A DNA stretch of 32,387 bases from Fibrobacterota bacterium (GTDB lineage: Bacteria > Fibrobacterota > Fibrobacteria > UBA11236): positions 1 to 32,387 of the forward strand of contig JAYUVP010000235.1 of the NCBI GenBank assembly GCA_043753995.1. Direction: 5' to 3'. The position numbers were made by a program, and so were the translations under genes. The notes under the pieces were generated by a model. The model had not been told where the DNA came from, ran no database searches, and saw nothing but the letters and a program-made list of their open reading frames with translations. How positions within the stretch are numbered: the stretch's first letter is position 1; every line of letters starts with the position of its first letter. This document shows positions 9,134 through 18,376 of this stretch, piece by piece.

Positions 9134-9562
9134 ATGAAAATCACGCATCAACTCGCTAGCATTGACTTTCGCCAAGTTCGCGCCCTGCTCGCCGAATCCT
9201 ATTGGGTTCCCGGCATTTCCCTGGCGCGTGTGCGCAAGCTCGCAGCGAATTCTTTTTTGGTCGCTGCCATATTGGACAGCAAGAAAAAAGTCTTGGCTTA
9301 TGGTCGAGTCGTTTCCGATGGCAGCCGATTCGCTTATCTCGCCGATGTGATTGTGCATCCCGATCATCGCGGGCAAGGTCTGGGCAAAAAAGTGGTGTCC
9401 GCCTTACTCCATCATCGACGCCTGCAAGAAGTGGATCAATGGCTTTTACAAACCCGCGATGCTCACAGCCTCTATGCCGATTTCGGCTTTCATGGCATGG
9501 AATTTCCCGAAAGAGTCATGACTCGGCGAAAAGGGGAAGGGAGCAGGACTTCCAAAAGTTGA
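9134..9562 (+). CDS. GNAT family N-acetyltransferase
   Basis: Motifs 'LAESYW', 'YGRVVSDG…AYLADVIVHPDHRGQGLGK' (acetyl-CoA binding motif A) and 'TRDAHSLYADFGF'. Confidence 0.93.
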   Translation: MKITHQLASIDFRQVRALLAESYWVPGISLARVRKLAANSFLVAAILDSKKKVLAYGRVVSDGSRFAYLADVIVHPDHRGQGLGKKVVSALLHHRRLQEVDQWLLQTRDAHSLYADFGFHGMEFPERVMTRRKGEGSRTSKS

Positions 9563-9585
9563 GCCGCAAGACTTAACTTCCCTCC

Positions 9586-9858
9586 ATGCATCCCTTTTTG
9601 CCCGTAGTGACTCTGGTCCTCAATGGCATGGCCGCCTTGCTCACCTGGTATTTGTATACGGCCGTTCGCCCGGACCCGCAGCTTTTGCCGCATCAAAACG
9701 TTTTTCTCGTGCCTATCGGTTTTGCCTTGGTTTTTGGCGTCGGTTTGGGCCTTTGGCTTTGGACGCGCAAAATGCGCTTTCCCCTGCTGATTTCGCTGGG
9801 TTTCGGCATTGTCCTGTGGCTGGCTTTACGCTTTGCGCCTGCGGCCGCGATACTTTAG
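9586..9858 (+). CDS. Small membrane protein (about 3 TM)
   Basis: 90 aa with three hydrophobic segments, co-oriented just downstream of the GNAT gene. Confidence 0.65.
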   Translation: MHPFLPVVTLVLNGMAALLTWYLYTAVRPDPQLLPHQNVFLVPIGFALVFGVGLGLWLWTRKMRFPLLISLGFGIVLWLALRFAPAAAIL

Positions 9859-9891
9859 CAACGTCGCTGGGAAAACGACCCGCCTTTAGTC

Positions 9892-9930
9892 TATAATCTC
9901 TGCATCGAAACACCCCTTGCCTCCAGGAGG
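9892..9930 (+). promoter_or_regulatory. Possible -10 element and ribosome-binding site for the SGNH gene
   Basis: Perfect TATAAT at 9892-9897 with no convincing -35. AGGAGG at 9925-9930 precedes ATG 9935. Confidence 0.35.
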
Positions 9931-9934
9931 CCCT

Positions 9935-11521
9935 ATGAAATTCGCACTCAAGATTTTCACCTTTGTTTTAGCACTGACCTTTGTAGCTCAAGTCTATTCC
10001 CTTGAAGTCACGTCGAAGCCGGTTCTCATTGCTTTCGCCAAGCGCGCGACCGATCATCCTTATGCCTATCAAGTGACCACGGATGCCGGTACCGCGGCCG
10101 TTACCTACTCCCTGGATAAAGCGCCCCAGGGCATGGCCATTTCCTCTACCGGAAAAATCACCTGGGTCCCTTTGCAATCGCAAGCCTATGACAATGCCGT
10201 CACGGTCAAGGCCGTGTCCGGTGCCAGCGAAGCGACGCAGTCCTTCAATGTTTTTGTGGTCGGCCTCACCAAGGCAGCCCGAGATGCGCTCAAACTGAAA
10301 AACCAAGCTTGGATTACGAAATATCAAGCCGTCACCACGGGTACCGAGCGTCCCAATTATCACATGATCATGTTTATCGGCGATAGCCAGTCCATGTCCA
10401 CCAATTGGGGCACGGCCATTTTAGGCGCGTCCACATGGCATGATGCCACCTTTCCGCACTTTCCCCGGTTCTGGGGTTCTTATCGCAGCAGTGACTCGGT
10501 ATGCCAGCAATTGAGCAATGGCAATGCGGGCCAAAGCGCCATGAGAACGTCGGGGCATTCCGAGGAATACGGCAATCTCAGCAGCCAACAGGCGACCTGG
10601 GGCGTTGGCGTGGTTCGAAGGGCAGTCACCAATACTTGCACCATAGGCGCGGCCACAGCCACGGTAGCCTTTGGGCACAATGATGCTGCTGCAAATAAAG
10701 ATGCCGGGACCTTTGTCAATCAAATGGGCGCCATCGTCGATTCGCTGCTTTCATTCAATATCATTCCCATCGTCTTCACGGTATCGCCTGGCGTATCCGG
10801 TGGCGGATGGGGTTCGGCCAATGCCCTGGCGCTTTATCCCAAGTATCGCGATTCGGTGGTGGCCATGTGCAAACGCCGCAATCTTCCTTGCATCGATGTC
10901 TTTAGCGCCGTGCAAACTTCTTTGAATACGGGCGCGGCGCCTTCGCTCGCGTCCATGTACAATGACGCGGTGCATTATAAATACGATGCTACCGCCACGA
11001 CCATGAACCCTTTGCACAATGAGGCCAATGCCCTCAATCTCGTGAATCATATGCTGGCCCACATGATGGGTTATCTCTATGAGTCAGGCACCCATGCGCC
11101 TGTGCTCGACACCTATGCCGCCTCCTTTTTTCCCCAGGGCTTGCCCAAGGATACCGCTCGCTCTCCGACTTATTTGTCGGATTATTCCGATGGCGAAGTG
11201 GTGGGATTTATTCGCGGTGCTATGGGTTCAGGAATGGCGAAAGACAAAAGAATCCTGATGAGCGGCACGGAAATCCGTTTTTCACTCAGCGGTACCAAGA
11301 TCGATGCCGACGCCACAGTGACGCTTTATGATTCCGCAGGGAAGCGCGTGAAACAATTATTTAGCGGATCCCCACGCGTCGGTGCGGCCGATTTAACGCT
11401 GGAGTGGGATGGACGCGACCAAAGCGGGAGGGAGGCGCCGGCCGGCATGTATGTCGCCTTGTTAAATGTGAATCAAAAAGCCATCGACAAGAAAGTTCTG
11501 CTATTCACTGGAAGGAATTGA
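9935..11521 (+). CDS. Secreted SGNH/GDSL hydrolase with an N-terminal Ig-like (He_PIG/cadherin-like) domain and a C-terminal FlgD-Ig/T9SS-like domain
   Basis: ATG 9935 follows AGGAGG; signal peptide present. Ig motif YSLDKAPQGMAISSTGKITWVP. SGNH blocks FIGDSQS, FGHND and NDAVHY. Tail TLYDSAGKRVK…WDGRDQSGREAPAGMY. Confidence 0.85.
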   Translation: MKFALKIFTFVLALTFVAQVYSLEVTSKPVLIAFAKRATDHPYAYQVTTDAGTAAVTYSLDKAPQGMAISSTGKITWVPLQSQAYDNAVTVKAVSGASEATQSFNVFVVGLTKAARDALKLKNQAWITKYQAVTTGTERPNYHMIMFIGDSQSMSTNWGTAILGASTWHDATFPHFPRFWGSYRSSDSVCQQLSNGNAGQSAMRTSGHSEEYGNLSSQQATWGVGVVRRAVTNTCTIGAATATVAFGHNDAAANKDAGTFVNQMGAIVDSLLSFNIIPIVFTVSPGVSGGGWGSANALALYPKYRDSVVAMCKRRNLPCIDVFSAVQTSLNTGAAPSLASMYNDAVHYKYDATATTMNPLHNEANALNLVNHMLAHMMGYLYESGTHAPVLDTYAASFFPQGLPKDTARSPTYLSDYSDGEVVGFIRGAMGSGMAKDKRILMSGTEIRFSLSGTKIDADATVTLYDSAGKRVKQLFSGSPRVGAADLTLEWDGRDQSGREAPAGMYVALLNVNQKAIDKKVLLFTGRN

Positions 11522-11599
11522 AAAGGGTTTCACTCCGCCATATATCCTAGTGGACAGACAAGCTTTCCACTACCGATAATTCAATGGCCAAGTGCCGCC

Positions 11600-13135
11600 A
11601 TGATTCCTCTTTTCACCCTCATCCGGAACTCTTTCCATAACGATTATTCCCTGACCCAGGGATATCTCCGCTATATCGGCATACTCGGCGGATTCTCCTC
11701 ACTGATCTTCCATTTCATCGAAGCTGGAATGGGGTACCGCGACTGGTGGCCTTTGCGCATCGCCTGCGTAATTGCCCAGGTGTCCCTGGTCTTCTATCCG
11801 CGCACGCGCAGGCCCACGGTGGCGGAGATGCTTTATTTTGATTTTGTTCCCTGGCTGCTCTTTCCTATGACGGTGACCTACTTGTACCTGCTCAACAAGC
11901 CCGACTCCTTTTGGGGAGCCACTATCTTGCTCTCGGGCCTGATACTGGGACTCCTAGCCAAGCCCCAATGGTTCATCATCAATTTCGTCCTCGGAACCGC
12001 CGCCGCTTTTGGATTGTTCACCCTGCGCCATGGCGCACCCAATCCCGAGTCCTTACGCATCTTCTTGGGTGTGCTATGTATTTCGGTATCCGTCGGTATC
12101 CTTGCTGTGATAATCCAGTTGGGTATGAGTGCCTTACACCGGCGCGGCCTCGATTTGGCAACCGCCAATGCCCGAACCCAGGAGGCCCAAAAACGCGAAG
12201 AGGAGATCCGCGCCGCCTACGCCGAGTTGAGCCGACGCGAGAAGGTGATCACCCGATTCGTGCGACCCTCGGTGTTCAACGAGCTGGCCCGAGGCGAGGA
12301 CCCTACCGAGTTCGAGCCGGTGGAAAAGAACCTGACCGTGCTCTTCTGTGATATCCGCGATTTCACCCAACTGACCGAAATACTGGGGCCAAAAGACAAA
12401 CAAACCTTCCTGAACCGTTATCTATCCCTGATGACCCAGCCTATCGTCGAAAATGGCGGCGAGGTAGACAAGATCATCGGGGACTGCGTCATGGGCATCT
12501 TTCCTGATGGGCGCGGTGCGACCCTGGCTGCCGTGCAAATGCGCCTGCAATTGCAGGGATTAAACCGAGGGATGTTTCTTGAGGGCAAAACCAAAATCCG
12601 CAATGGCATTGGCGTCGCCAAGGGGCCCGTGATGCTCGGGAATTTCGGTTCCTACGAGAAGCTTGACCGCACCGTGATCGGCGAGGCTGTGAACATCGCC
12701 TCGCGCCTCGAGAGCAAGACCAAGCTCTACTACCTAGATGTGGTGGTCACCGAGGAAGTGATCCGGGACCTAGGTACCGAGAACAATCAGTACCGCTGGA
12801 TCGACGTGGTGCAGGTCAAGGGTTCCTCGCGGCGTCTTAAGATCTACGAGGTGTATGGCCATCAGCCGCCGGAAGTGCGTCACTACAAGGATTCCACCCG
12901 GGAGCTTTTTGAGAAGGCCCTGACCATTTATTTCCAGAAGGGTTTCCGGGATGCCTTGCGTATTTTCGAAGCCATGCAAGCCATGGTCCCGCCCCACCGG
13001 CTCGAGCACGGGCAGCTGATGGACAGCATTCTCCAGTACTATATCGAGCGTTGCCGGGCCTGGGTGAAGGGCGACCCGGAGCTATGGGAATTGATCCAGA
13101 AATGGGAAGGCGTGCACGTCTTCCACGAGAAATAG
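11600..13135 (+). CDS. Membrane-bound class III adenylate/guanylate cyclase (likely adenylate)
   Basis: About 6 N-terminal TM helices and a coiled-coil linker. Catalytic motifs LFCDIRDFT, DKIIGDCVM and DRTVIGEAVNIASRLES (the Lys/Asp pair is typical of ATP specificity), then VQVKG and a helical C-tail. Confidence 0.92.
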   Translation: MIPLFTLIRNSFHNDYSLTQGYLRYIGILGGFSSLIFHFIEAGMGYRDWWPLRIACVIAQVSLVFYPRTRRPTVAEMLYFDFVPWLLFPMTVTYLYLLNKPDSFWGATILLSGLILGLLAKPQWFIINFVLGTAAAFGLFTLRHGAPNPESLRIFLGVLCISVSVGILAVIIQLGMSALHRRGLDLATANARTQEAQKREEEIRAAYAELSRREKVITRFVRPSVFNELARGEDPTEFEPVEKNLTVLFCDIRDFTQLTEILGPKDKQTFLNRYLSLMTQPIVENGGEVDKIIGDCVMGIFPDGRGATLAAVQMRLQLQGLNRGMFLEGKTKIRNGIGVAKGPVMLGNFGSYEKLDRTVIGEAVNIASRLESKTKLYYLDVVVTEEVIRDLGTENNQYRWIDVVQVKGSSRRLKIYEVYGHQPPEVRHYKDSTRELFEKALTIYFQKGFRDALRIFEAMQAMVPPHRLEHGQLMDSILQYYIERCRAWVKGDPELWELIQKWEGVHVFHEK

Positions 13136-13157
13136 CCGTTCCGTTTAAAGCCTCCCT

Positions 13158-15461
13158 TCACTCCACCATCCAAAGCCGGGACACGGAATGCATGCCCTGG
13201 GCGCGCAGGGTCACCAGCACGGTGTTTTTCCACTCCCGGCCTATTGCGCAAACCAAGGTTTCTTCCTGCACATTTTCTCGGTGGTATAAAGCCTTTCCCG
13301 TGATGTCATAAACATTTATTTCTGCTTTCCTTTGAGGATTGCGGAAAGTCAAGTGAAGTCCATTCGGCCCTCGGCTCAGGCTCAAGACCTGGCGAGAGCG
13401 GAGAGACCTTGCCTTGGGTAACCCGGCCGGTACCGCAGGACGAGTGAAGCTATAGGAAAAGCCGGTGAGGCCCTGGTTCGGCAGGATATCGCGCTTATCA
13501 ATTGTTGTCGCCAGTATGTCTAAACCTTGGGCATTCACCAAACCCAAATCCTGCTTGGCTATTCTCATTTCCAAGGTATTGCCGGCAGTTTTCACCGTGG
13601 CATTGGCCGTGAGGCGAATCCAATCCCAATTTTGATGACGATAAAGCGCTCCGTTTTCCCATTTAAAATCCACGCCTCTAAAGCCGCTGGCCGCCGGAAC
13701 TATATCGCCGGTGGTACTGCGGCGATCCGTATTGAAAAGTACCGCGACTTGGGAGGTCGTGGCGACACCGGCAAATTGCAAGTTCAAATAGAGTGCGTCG
13801 CGATCGTCGCTGGCGGCCAGAGTCACGAAGTCGACGCTAGTGGCATCGTTGGCCGAATCGGCGATGGCGGGAATGCCGCTCCAATCGGTCGTGGCGCCGT
13901 CGATGACCATGGGAAAGGCCGTGCTATCGCGGGGTATGGCCATGACGACTTGGGTATTGGTTTCTTCAATGCCTCCTCCCGGGCCGATCCGACCCAAAGC
14001 CGGGTCCACACCCGTGGTCGCGTCTTCGGCGCGCACAGCGAAGCGATAGAGCGCTTGATTGGTCAGGCCCGTAAGAGTGAATTCATAAGGACAGCCATCT
14101 TCCGCGCCGGTTCCGGGGCGATCGGTATAGTCGGCGCCGATTTCAGTCTTCACATCGAGGATTTTGGCCGAGGTATTGAAATCGATGGGACCATTTTTCG
14201 CAAAATAAAGATTGTAGCGCACGGGCCAGGTTTGATCGGAAGCCACGTCCCAACGTAGGGTAACCGTACCGTTACCTGGTATGGCCTTGAGCATACCGGT
14301 TCGCGGCGGCGGCGGAACCCCGCCTTGGCCCATATAGGCGGCCGTATTTCGCCAAGCCGGAGGATTTCGATCGGAAGGAGCGGGATTGTCCAGAAATAGC
14401 GCGGGCGCTTGGCTGAGCATGCGATCATTTATTTGCGGTACCCATCCCTGCTCGACCACCACTTCCTGCCGAATGCGCTGAAAAACATCGGGCAAATCCA
14501 GCGGCGCGCGTAAAGGATTCGCCATATAGTCGATATGAAAAACCGCCCCCCTGCTATCGGGGCGATTCATTTCGGCATTCAGGCGCGGCGCGACGATGTA
14601 TTTATTGCTGGCGAAATAGGGGTTCTCGCGCCAAAGGCCATTGCCTCCCTGGTCGACGGGATAATTGCTTCCCGTGACATAGCTTTCAAAGAGCGTACCA
14701 TCCAAAAACTTGCGCGGACTCCAGCGATATTGCAATTCGTGATCGGGATCAAAAAAGAAAAGACCGCGATTCAGCAGCAAGTATTTGCCCGCATGTGCCT
14801 CGCGCATTTTGCGAATGAGATGATACATGCCTTCCGAAGTCCAGCCATATCCCGTCCAGGGGTTGGCGGTTTCGGGCGTGTCGAGAAAAAAGCCATCCGC
14901 TCCCCGGGCTATGAGACGCGCCGCTTCGGTAAGCATCAAGGCTTGCCAGGCGGAGTCGCCAGCATTCACAAAACAGGAACCCCAATCGCCTTGCCTATCG
15001 GGAAGTCCATCCGGGACTTTATTCACCGAATCGGGGTCATAGCCCTTGGCATTCCATTCGTCGAGATAATACGAAGCGATGCCTTTGTTTTCATAGAGGA
15101 TGGAAGCGGTCGCGGCATTCCAACGCACGGGACCCCGACCGTCACCCACGGCGGGCTTGCCTTGATCGTAGGTGGAGGCATCTTCACCAATGGAGAGATA
15201 AAGCAGGACCTTGGTGCCATTGGCACGCAGGCGGGCTATGGCCTGGGTCTCCCCATCGGATCCTTCATAGTGGCCTGGTTGCAAGGCAACAAGACCGTAG
15301 CGCTGAAAGGTCGTGATGTCCGAACTTTTCCACATCCCATAATGCGTGAGATGGGAAGAAATTCCCGCCGCACCCACCCACGGGCAAAGCAGGGCCAGAA
15401 TTGCGAATGAGCCGATGGCCATTCGTTGTCGATTTTTCCGATTCGTCACGCACATGCTCAC
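13158..15461 (-). CDS. Secreted multi-domain alpha-1,4-(N-acetyl)galactosaminidase-like glycoside hydrolase (GH166/GH114-like) with FN3, DOMON/CBM9-like and T9SS-like C-terminal domains
   Basis: Motifs YLSIGED, DGFFLDT, LLNRG and DGTLFES parallel the PelA hydrolase motifs in this same window. FN3-like: GNGTVTLRW…LTGLTNQALYRFAVRAED. Beta-sandwich: IDGATTDW…LEMRI. Tail INVYDITGK. The GTG start overlaps the pelG TGA; a slightly later ATG start is possible. Confidence 0.8.
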   Translation of the reverse strand: MSMCVTNRKNRQRMAIGSFAILALLCPWVGAAGISSHLTHYGMWKSSDITTFQRYGLVALQPGHYEGSDGETQAIARLRANGTKVLLYLSIGEDASTYDQGKPAVGDGRGPVRWNAATASILYENKGIASYYLDEWNAKGYDPDSVNKVPDGLPDRQGDWGSCFVNAGDSAWQALMLTEAARLIARGADGFFLDTPETANPWTGYGWTSEGMYHLIRKMREAHAGKYLLLNRGLFFFDPDHELQYRWSPRKFLDGTLFESYVTGSNYPVDQGGNGLWRENPYFASNKYIVAPRLNAEMNRPDSRGAVFHIDYMANPLRAPLDLPDVFQRIRQEVVVEQGWVPQINDRMLSQAPALFLDNPAPSDRNPPAWRNTAAYMGQGGVPPPPRTGMLKAIPGNGTVTLRWDVASDQTWPVRYNLYFAKNGPIDFNTSAKILDVKTEIGADYTDRPGTGAEDGCPYEFTLTGLTNQALYRFAVRAEDATTGVDPALGRIGPGGGIEETNTQVVMAIPRDSTAFPMVIDGATTDWSGIPAIADSANDATSVDFVTLAASDDRDALYLNLQFAGVATTSQVAVLFNTDRRSTTGDIVPAASGFRGVDFKWENGALYRHQNWDWIRLTANATVKTAGNTLEMRIAKQDLGLVNAQGLDILATTIDKRDILPNQGLTGFSYSFTRPAVPAGLPKARSLRSRQVLSLSRGPNGLHLTFRNPQRKAEINVYDITGKALYHRENVQEETLVCAIGREWKNTVLVTLRAQGMHSVSRLWMVE

Positions 15462-16831
15462 CTCTTTCGCATGAAGGTGCGGAATTCCAAATCGTGCAAA
15501 TCATGATCGAGCTTGACCAAACCTGCGATGACCACCACCAATAAGGCAGCCGCGAAACCGTAGCCATAAAATTCAGCACCCAATTTCACGCTGGCCATGG
15601 TGAAGAAAAAATTGGTTATCATCAATAGTACCGCGAGACCCAGCGCGGCGCCCCTCTTATCGAGATAAAACAAAACATTGCAAAGGCCCAAAAAAACCAC
15701 TTGCAGCCCCGCAGCAACCACATCGATGAAAAGCAAACGCTGGTATAGCGGCGATATGCCCAGGAGCTTGAGGACAGCCGGTCCCCAAATCATGGCGAAT
15801 AGCACGGCCAAGGCCTGAATCTTGGCGATTTCCAATAGACCCTGGCGTATGGTGTCGATCATTTCGTCTTTGGCTTCGACGATTTGAGCAAGTGACGCGC
15901 CTCCGCTAATGGCTTGATAGTATTGACGATGTTTTTCCGCGAAATCCGTCTCCATGCGCATTAGAAAAACCGCCATTCCCGGGAGAGTGGCGATATAGGA
16001 GAGAAAAACGGGTATATCGTAGATGAGTGAGGAATGCAAAGGGCCAATGATGGCTTGCCCTAGACGTGGCGAAAACCAGAAATAAACCTTGTCTATCCAA
16101 ATACCGATTTGATAGGCCAAGGCGGCAAAGGTCAAGGACAAATACCAATTTCGTCGCTCTAAAAAGTCGAAAGAAAGGCGTTCGGTTAGGGGAAATTCAC
16201 GCAAGATGAGATTCAGCATGCCCGCTAGCATGAGGAAATGGCCAATCAAAAAGCCGCCGAGGAGGCCTTCCAAGCCGAATGAACGCAAGGCGAGTGAGGC
16301 CAAGACCACCACGGCATAGCCCGCGCCGAAAAGCCCCACCAAGGCCAAATAGCGCTTGAGCCCGGAGAGCAAGGAAGCCGAGAGCCATATTCCATTCATG
16401 GTGACAAAGCTCATGATTAGGATGACACGGTAAATCCAGCTTAGCCCATCGAATAGGAAAGTGGCCAGGCCCAAACCTAGCATCGCTCCCGCGGCCATTT
16501 GCAATGTCAGGGCGCCAAGGAAGGCGGGTGCGATGCGATGGACCTTTTCTTCGTATAGGCGATCGGAGGCGTATCGCGTGAAGGCCAAGGTGAAAAGCGA
16601 ACTGAATACCAAGCTCGCGGCGATGACATAGGTCACCGAAGTTTGAAACTGGGTGATAAGATGGGTGGCTATGCCCAAGCGACGGCCGGCAATATGCACG
16701 ATTAAAATTCCCGCGAAGGAAAGTATCCAGGGGCCTGAGCCGATCACGCCGGCATAGGTGTATGCGCGGAAAAAGCCTAGAAAGCTGTCCTTGCGCAGCA
16801 AATTCCGGATTTCAAAGCCTATGCCCGCCAT
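15458..16831 (-). CDS. pelG: Pel exopolysaccharide transporter PelG
   Basis: Diagnostic N-terminus MAGIGFEIR (ATG 16831), then GSGPW, FTRYASDRLY, IWIDK, YDIPVF, ETDF and LFYLD. Polytopic membrane protein of 457 aa. Confidence 0.96.
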   Translation of the reverse strand: MAGIGFEIRNLLRKDSFLGFFRAYTYAGVIGSGPWILSFAGILIVHIAGRRLGIATHLITQFQTSVTYVIAASLVFSSLFTLAFTRYASDRLYEEKVHRIAPAFLGALTLQMAAGAMLGLGLATFLFDGLSWIYRVILIMSFVTMNGIWLSASLLSGLKRYLALVGLFGAGYAVVVLASLALRSFGLEGLLGGFLIGHFLMLAGMLNLILREFPLTERLSFDFLERRNWYLSLTFAALAYQIGIWIDKVYFWFSPRLGQAIIGPLHSSLIYDIPVFLSYIATLPGMAVFLMRMETDFAEKHRQYYQAISGGASLAQIVEAKDEMIDTIRQGLLEIAKIQALAVLFAMIWGPAVLKLLGISPLYQRLLFIDVVAAGLQVVFLGLCNVLFYLDKRGAALGLAVLLMITNFFFTMASVKLGAEFYGYGFAAALLVVVIAGLVKLDHDLHDLEFRTFMRKR

Positions 16832-16833
16832 GG

Positions 16834-18375
16834 TCAGCCCAACGCTTGGCGATAGAGGTTGCGATAGCTGGAAATCATGATGTGATCCGTGTAGTATTTC
16901 TCTACTCTTTCGATGGCTGCGGTTTTGGCACGCTGCCACTCCTCGCGATCGCCATGCAGGCCCGCCATGGCCTCGGCCAAGGCGGCAGGATTGCAAATGC
17001 CCACCACGCGACCCGCCGCTCCTATAGCCTTGTCTTCAGGATCGCTTTCCTTGCCGAGTATCAATTGGCGGCAGGAGCCCACGTCGGTGGCCACGGCGGG
17101 AATACCGGCGGCGAATCCTTCCAGCAAGGTCAAGGGCAAGGCCTCGCTAATGGAGCTGAGCACCAGCACCGAAGTCTGGGGCAAAATCTCATCGACATTG
17201 CGAAAGCCCAGAAAGCGTACGCCGATTTTTAAATCCAGCGATTCGGCGAGAGCGCGGCATTCCTCGAAGTAGGCAAGGTCTTCTTCGCCTGGGCCTACTA
17301 TCCATCCCTCGGCATTAGGCAAGGTTTGACGCACCATACGCATAGCGCGAATGAAAGTCTTGATATCCTTGATGGGAACGACTCGGCCAATCAAAGAAAA
17401 CACGGGCTTGGGTGGCAGCACTTGCTTAGCACGCAAGACTTGATACCGCGATAGACTAATGCCATTGGGAATGCAATGGGTTTTGGCGGCCTCCGCGCCG
17501 TCTTGAACTTGCTGTTGCCTGATTCCTTCATACAAAGACACGATAGGATTGGCGGCGGCATAGGTCGTCTTTCCCAAGGCTTCAAAAAAACGAATCCATA
17601 ATCGCCGCAAGACTCCGCCTTCGGCTGTTTCTTGGCCTTGTGATTTTCCCGTCTCGCGTATCCAGGTGCTTTGCAGCAAATCGATTTTTCTTTCCTTGGT
17701 ATAGAGGCCATGTTCGGAAAGCATCAGGGGACGCTTGTGGGACAAGGCCAGCAAGGAGCCTAAGAATCCGGCATAGCCCGTGGAGATGCTGTGATAACAA
17801 TGAGCCGGAATCAGGCCTTGAGCCACGCGCACCAGCTTCCAAAGCGGTGCATGCATGGATTGCACGGTCCAGAAATAATCGAGAAAGGAAGCGCCCGCTC
17901 CATGTTGGCGATAAAGCGCCGTGATCATTTCCCAAGTCTCGCGGGACTTGTGAAAATGCTCTTCTCGCATGCGGCCTTCCAGCAAGTGCGAGGCGTTTTT
18001 TTCCAAGAGGGCCATGGGGCAATGACCCGTAGCGATAAAAGCATCCTGCATGGCATGCATGTCGGTGAAGGCCTGGGCATTCACGGCAGACGATCGGCCC
18101 ACCTTGGGTGCTGGGCCATCGTAGAGATAATGCACTTCGATATGGACGAGATTGGGCGGAAATTCATAGCGAATGCCGTCATAAGCCGAGGGCTCGCTAC
18201 CCAGAAAAATCGCCCCGAAACGATATTCGGGAAAGGCTTGAATGAGTTGGTGCACCCAACCTGAAACACCCCCGCGCACGTAAGGGTAGGTGCCCTCCAA
18301 CAAAAGCGCGATGTCGACGGACTCCGCTTTGGGTAGGGTCTGGGTTTTAACCTCGGCCGCAGATAGGGAGCTCAA
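16834..18375 (-). CDS. pelF: Pel glycosyltransferase PelF (GT4)
   Basis: Motifs LLLEGTYPYVRGGVSGW, HSISTGYAG, SEHGLYTKERKIDL, GRVVPIKDIKTF and the EX7E motif SISEALPLTLLE. Confidence 0.96.
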   Translation of the reverse strand: MSSLSAAEVKTQTLPKAESVDIALLLEGTYPYVRGGVSGWVHQLIQAFPEYRFGAIFLGSEPSAYDGIRYEFPPNLVHIEVHYLYDGPAPKVGRSSAVNAQAFTDMHAMQDAFIATGHCPMALLEKNASHLLEGRMREEHFHKSRETWEMITALYRQHGAGASFLDYFWTVQSMHAPLWKLVRVAQGLIPAHCYHSISTGYAGFLGSLLALSHKRPLMLSEHGLYTKERKIDLLQSTWIRETGKSQGQETAEGGVLRRLWIRFFEALGKTTYAAANPIVSLYEGIRQQQVQDGAEAAKTHCIPNGISLSRYQVLRAKQVLPPKPVFSLIGRVVPIKDIKTFIRAMRMVRQTLPNAEGWIVGPGEEDLAYFEECRALAESLDLKIGVRFLGFRNVDEILPQTSVLVLSSISEALPLTLLEGFAAGIPAVATDVGSCRQLILGKESDPEDKAIGAAGRVVGICNPAALAEAMAGLHGDREEWQRAKTAAIERVEKYYTDHIMISSYRNLYRQALG

Positions 18376-18376
18376 T

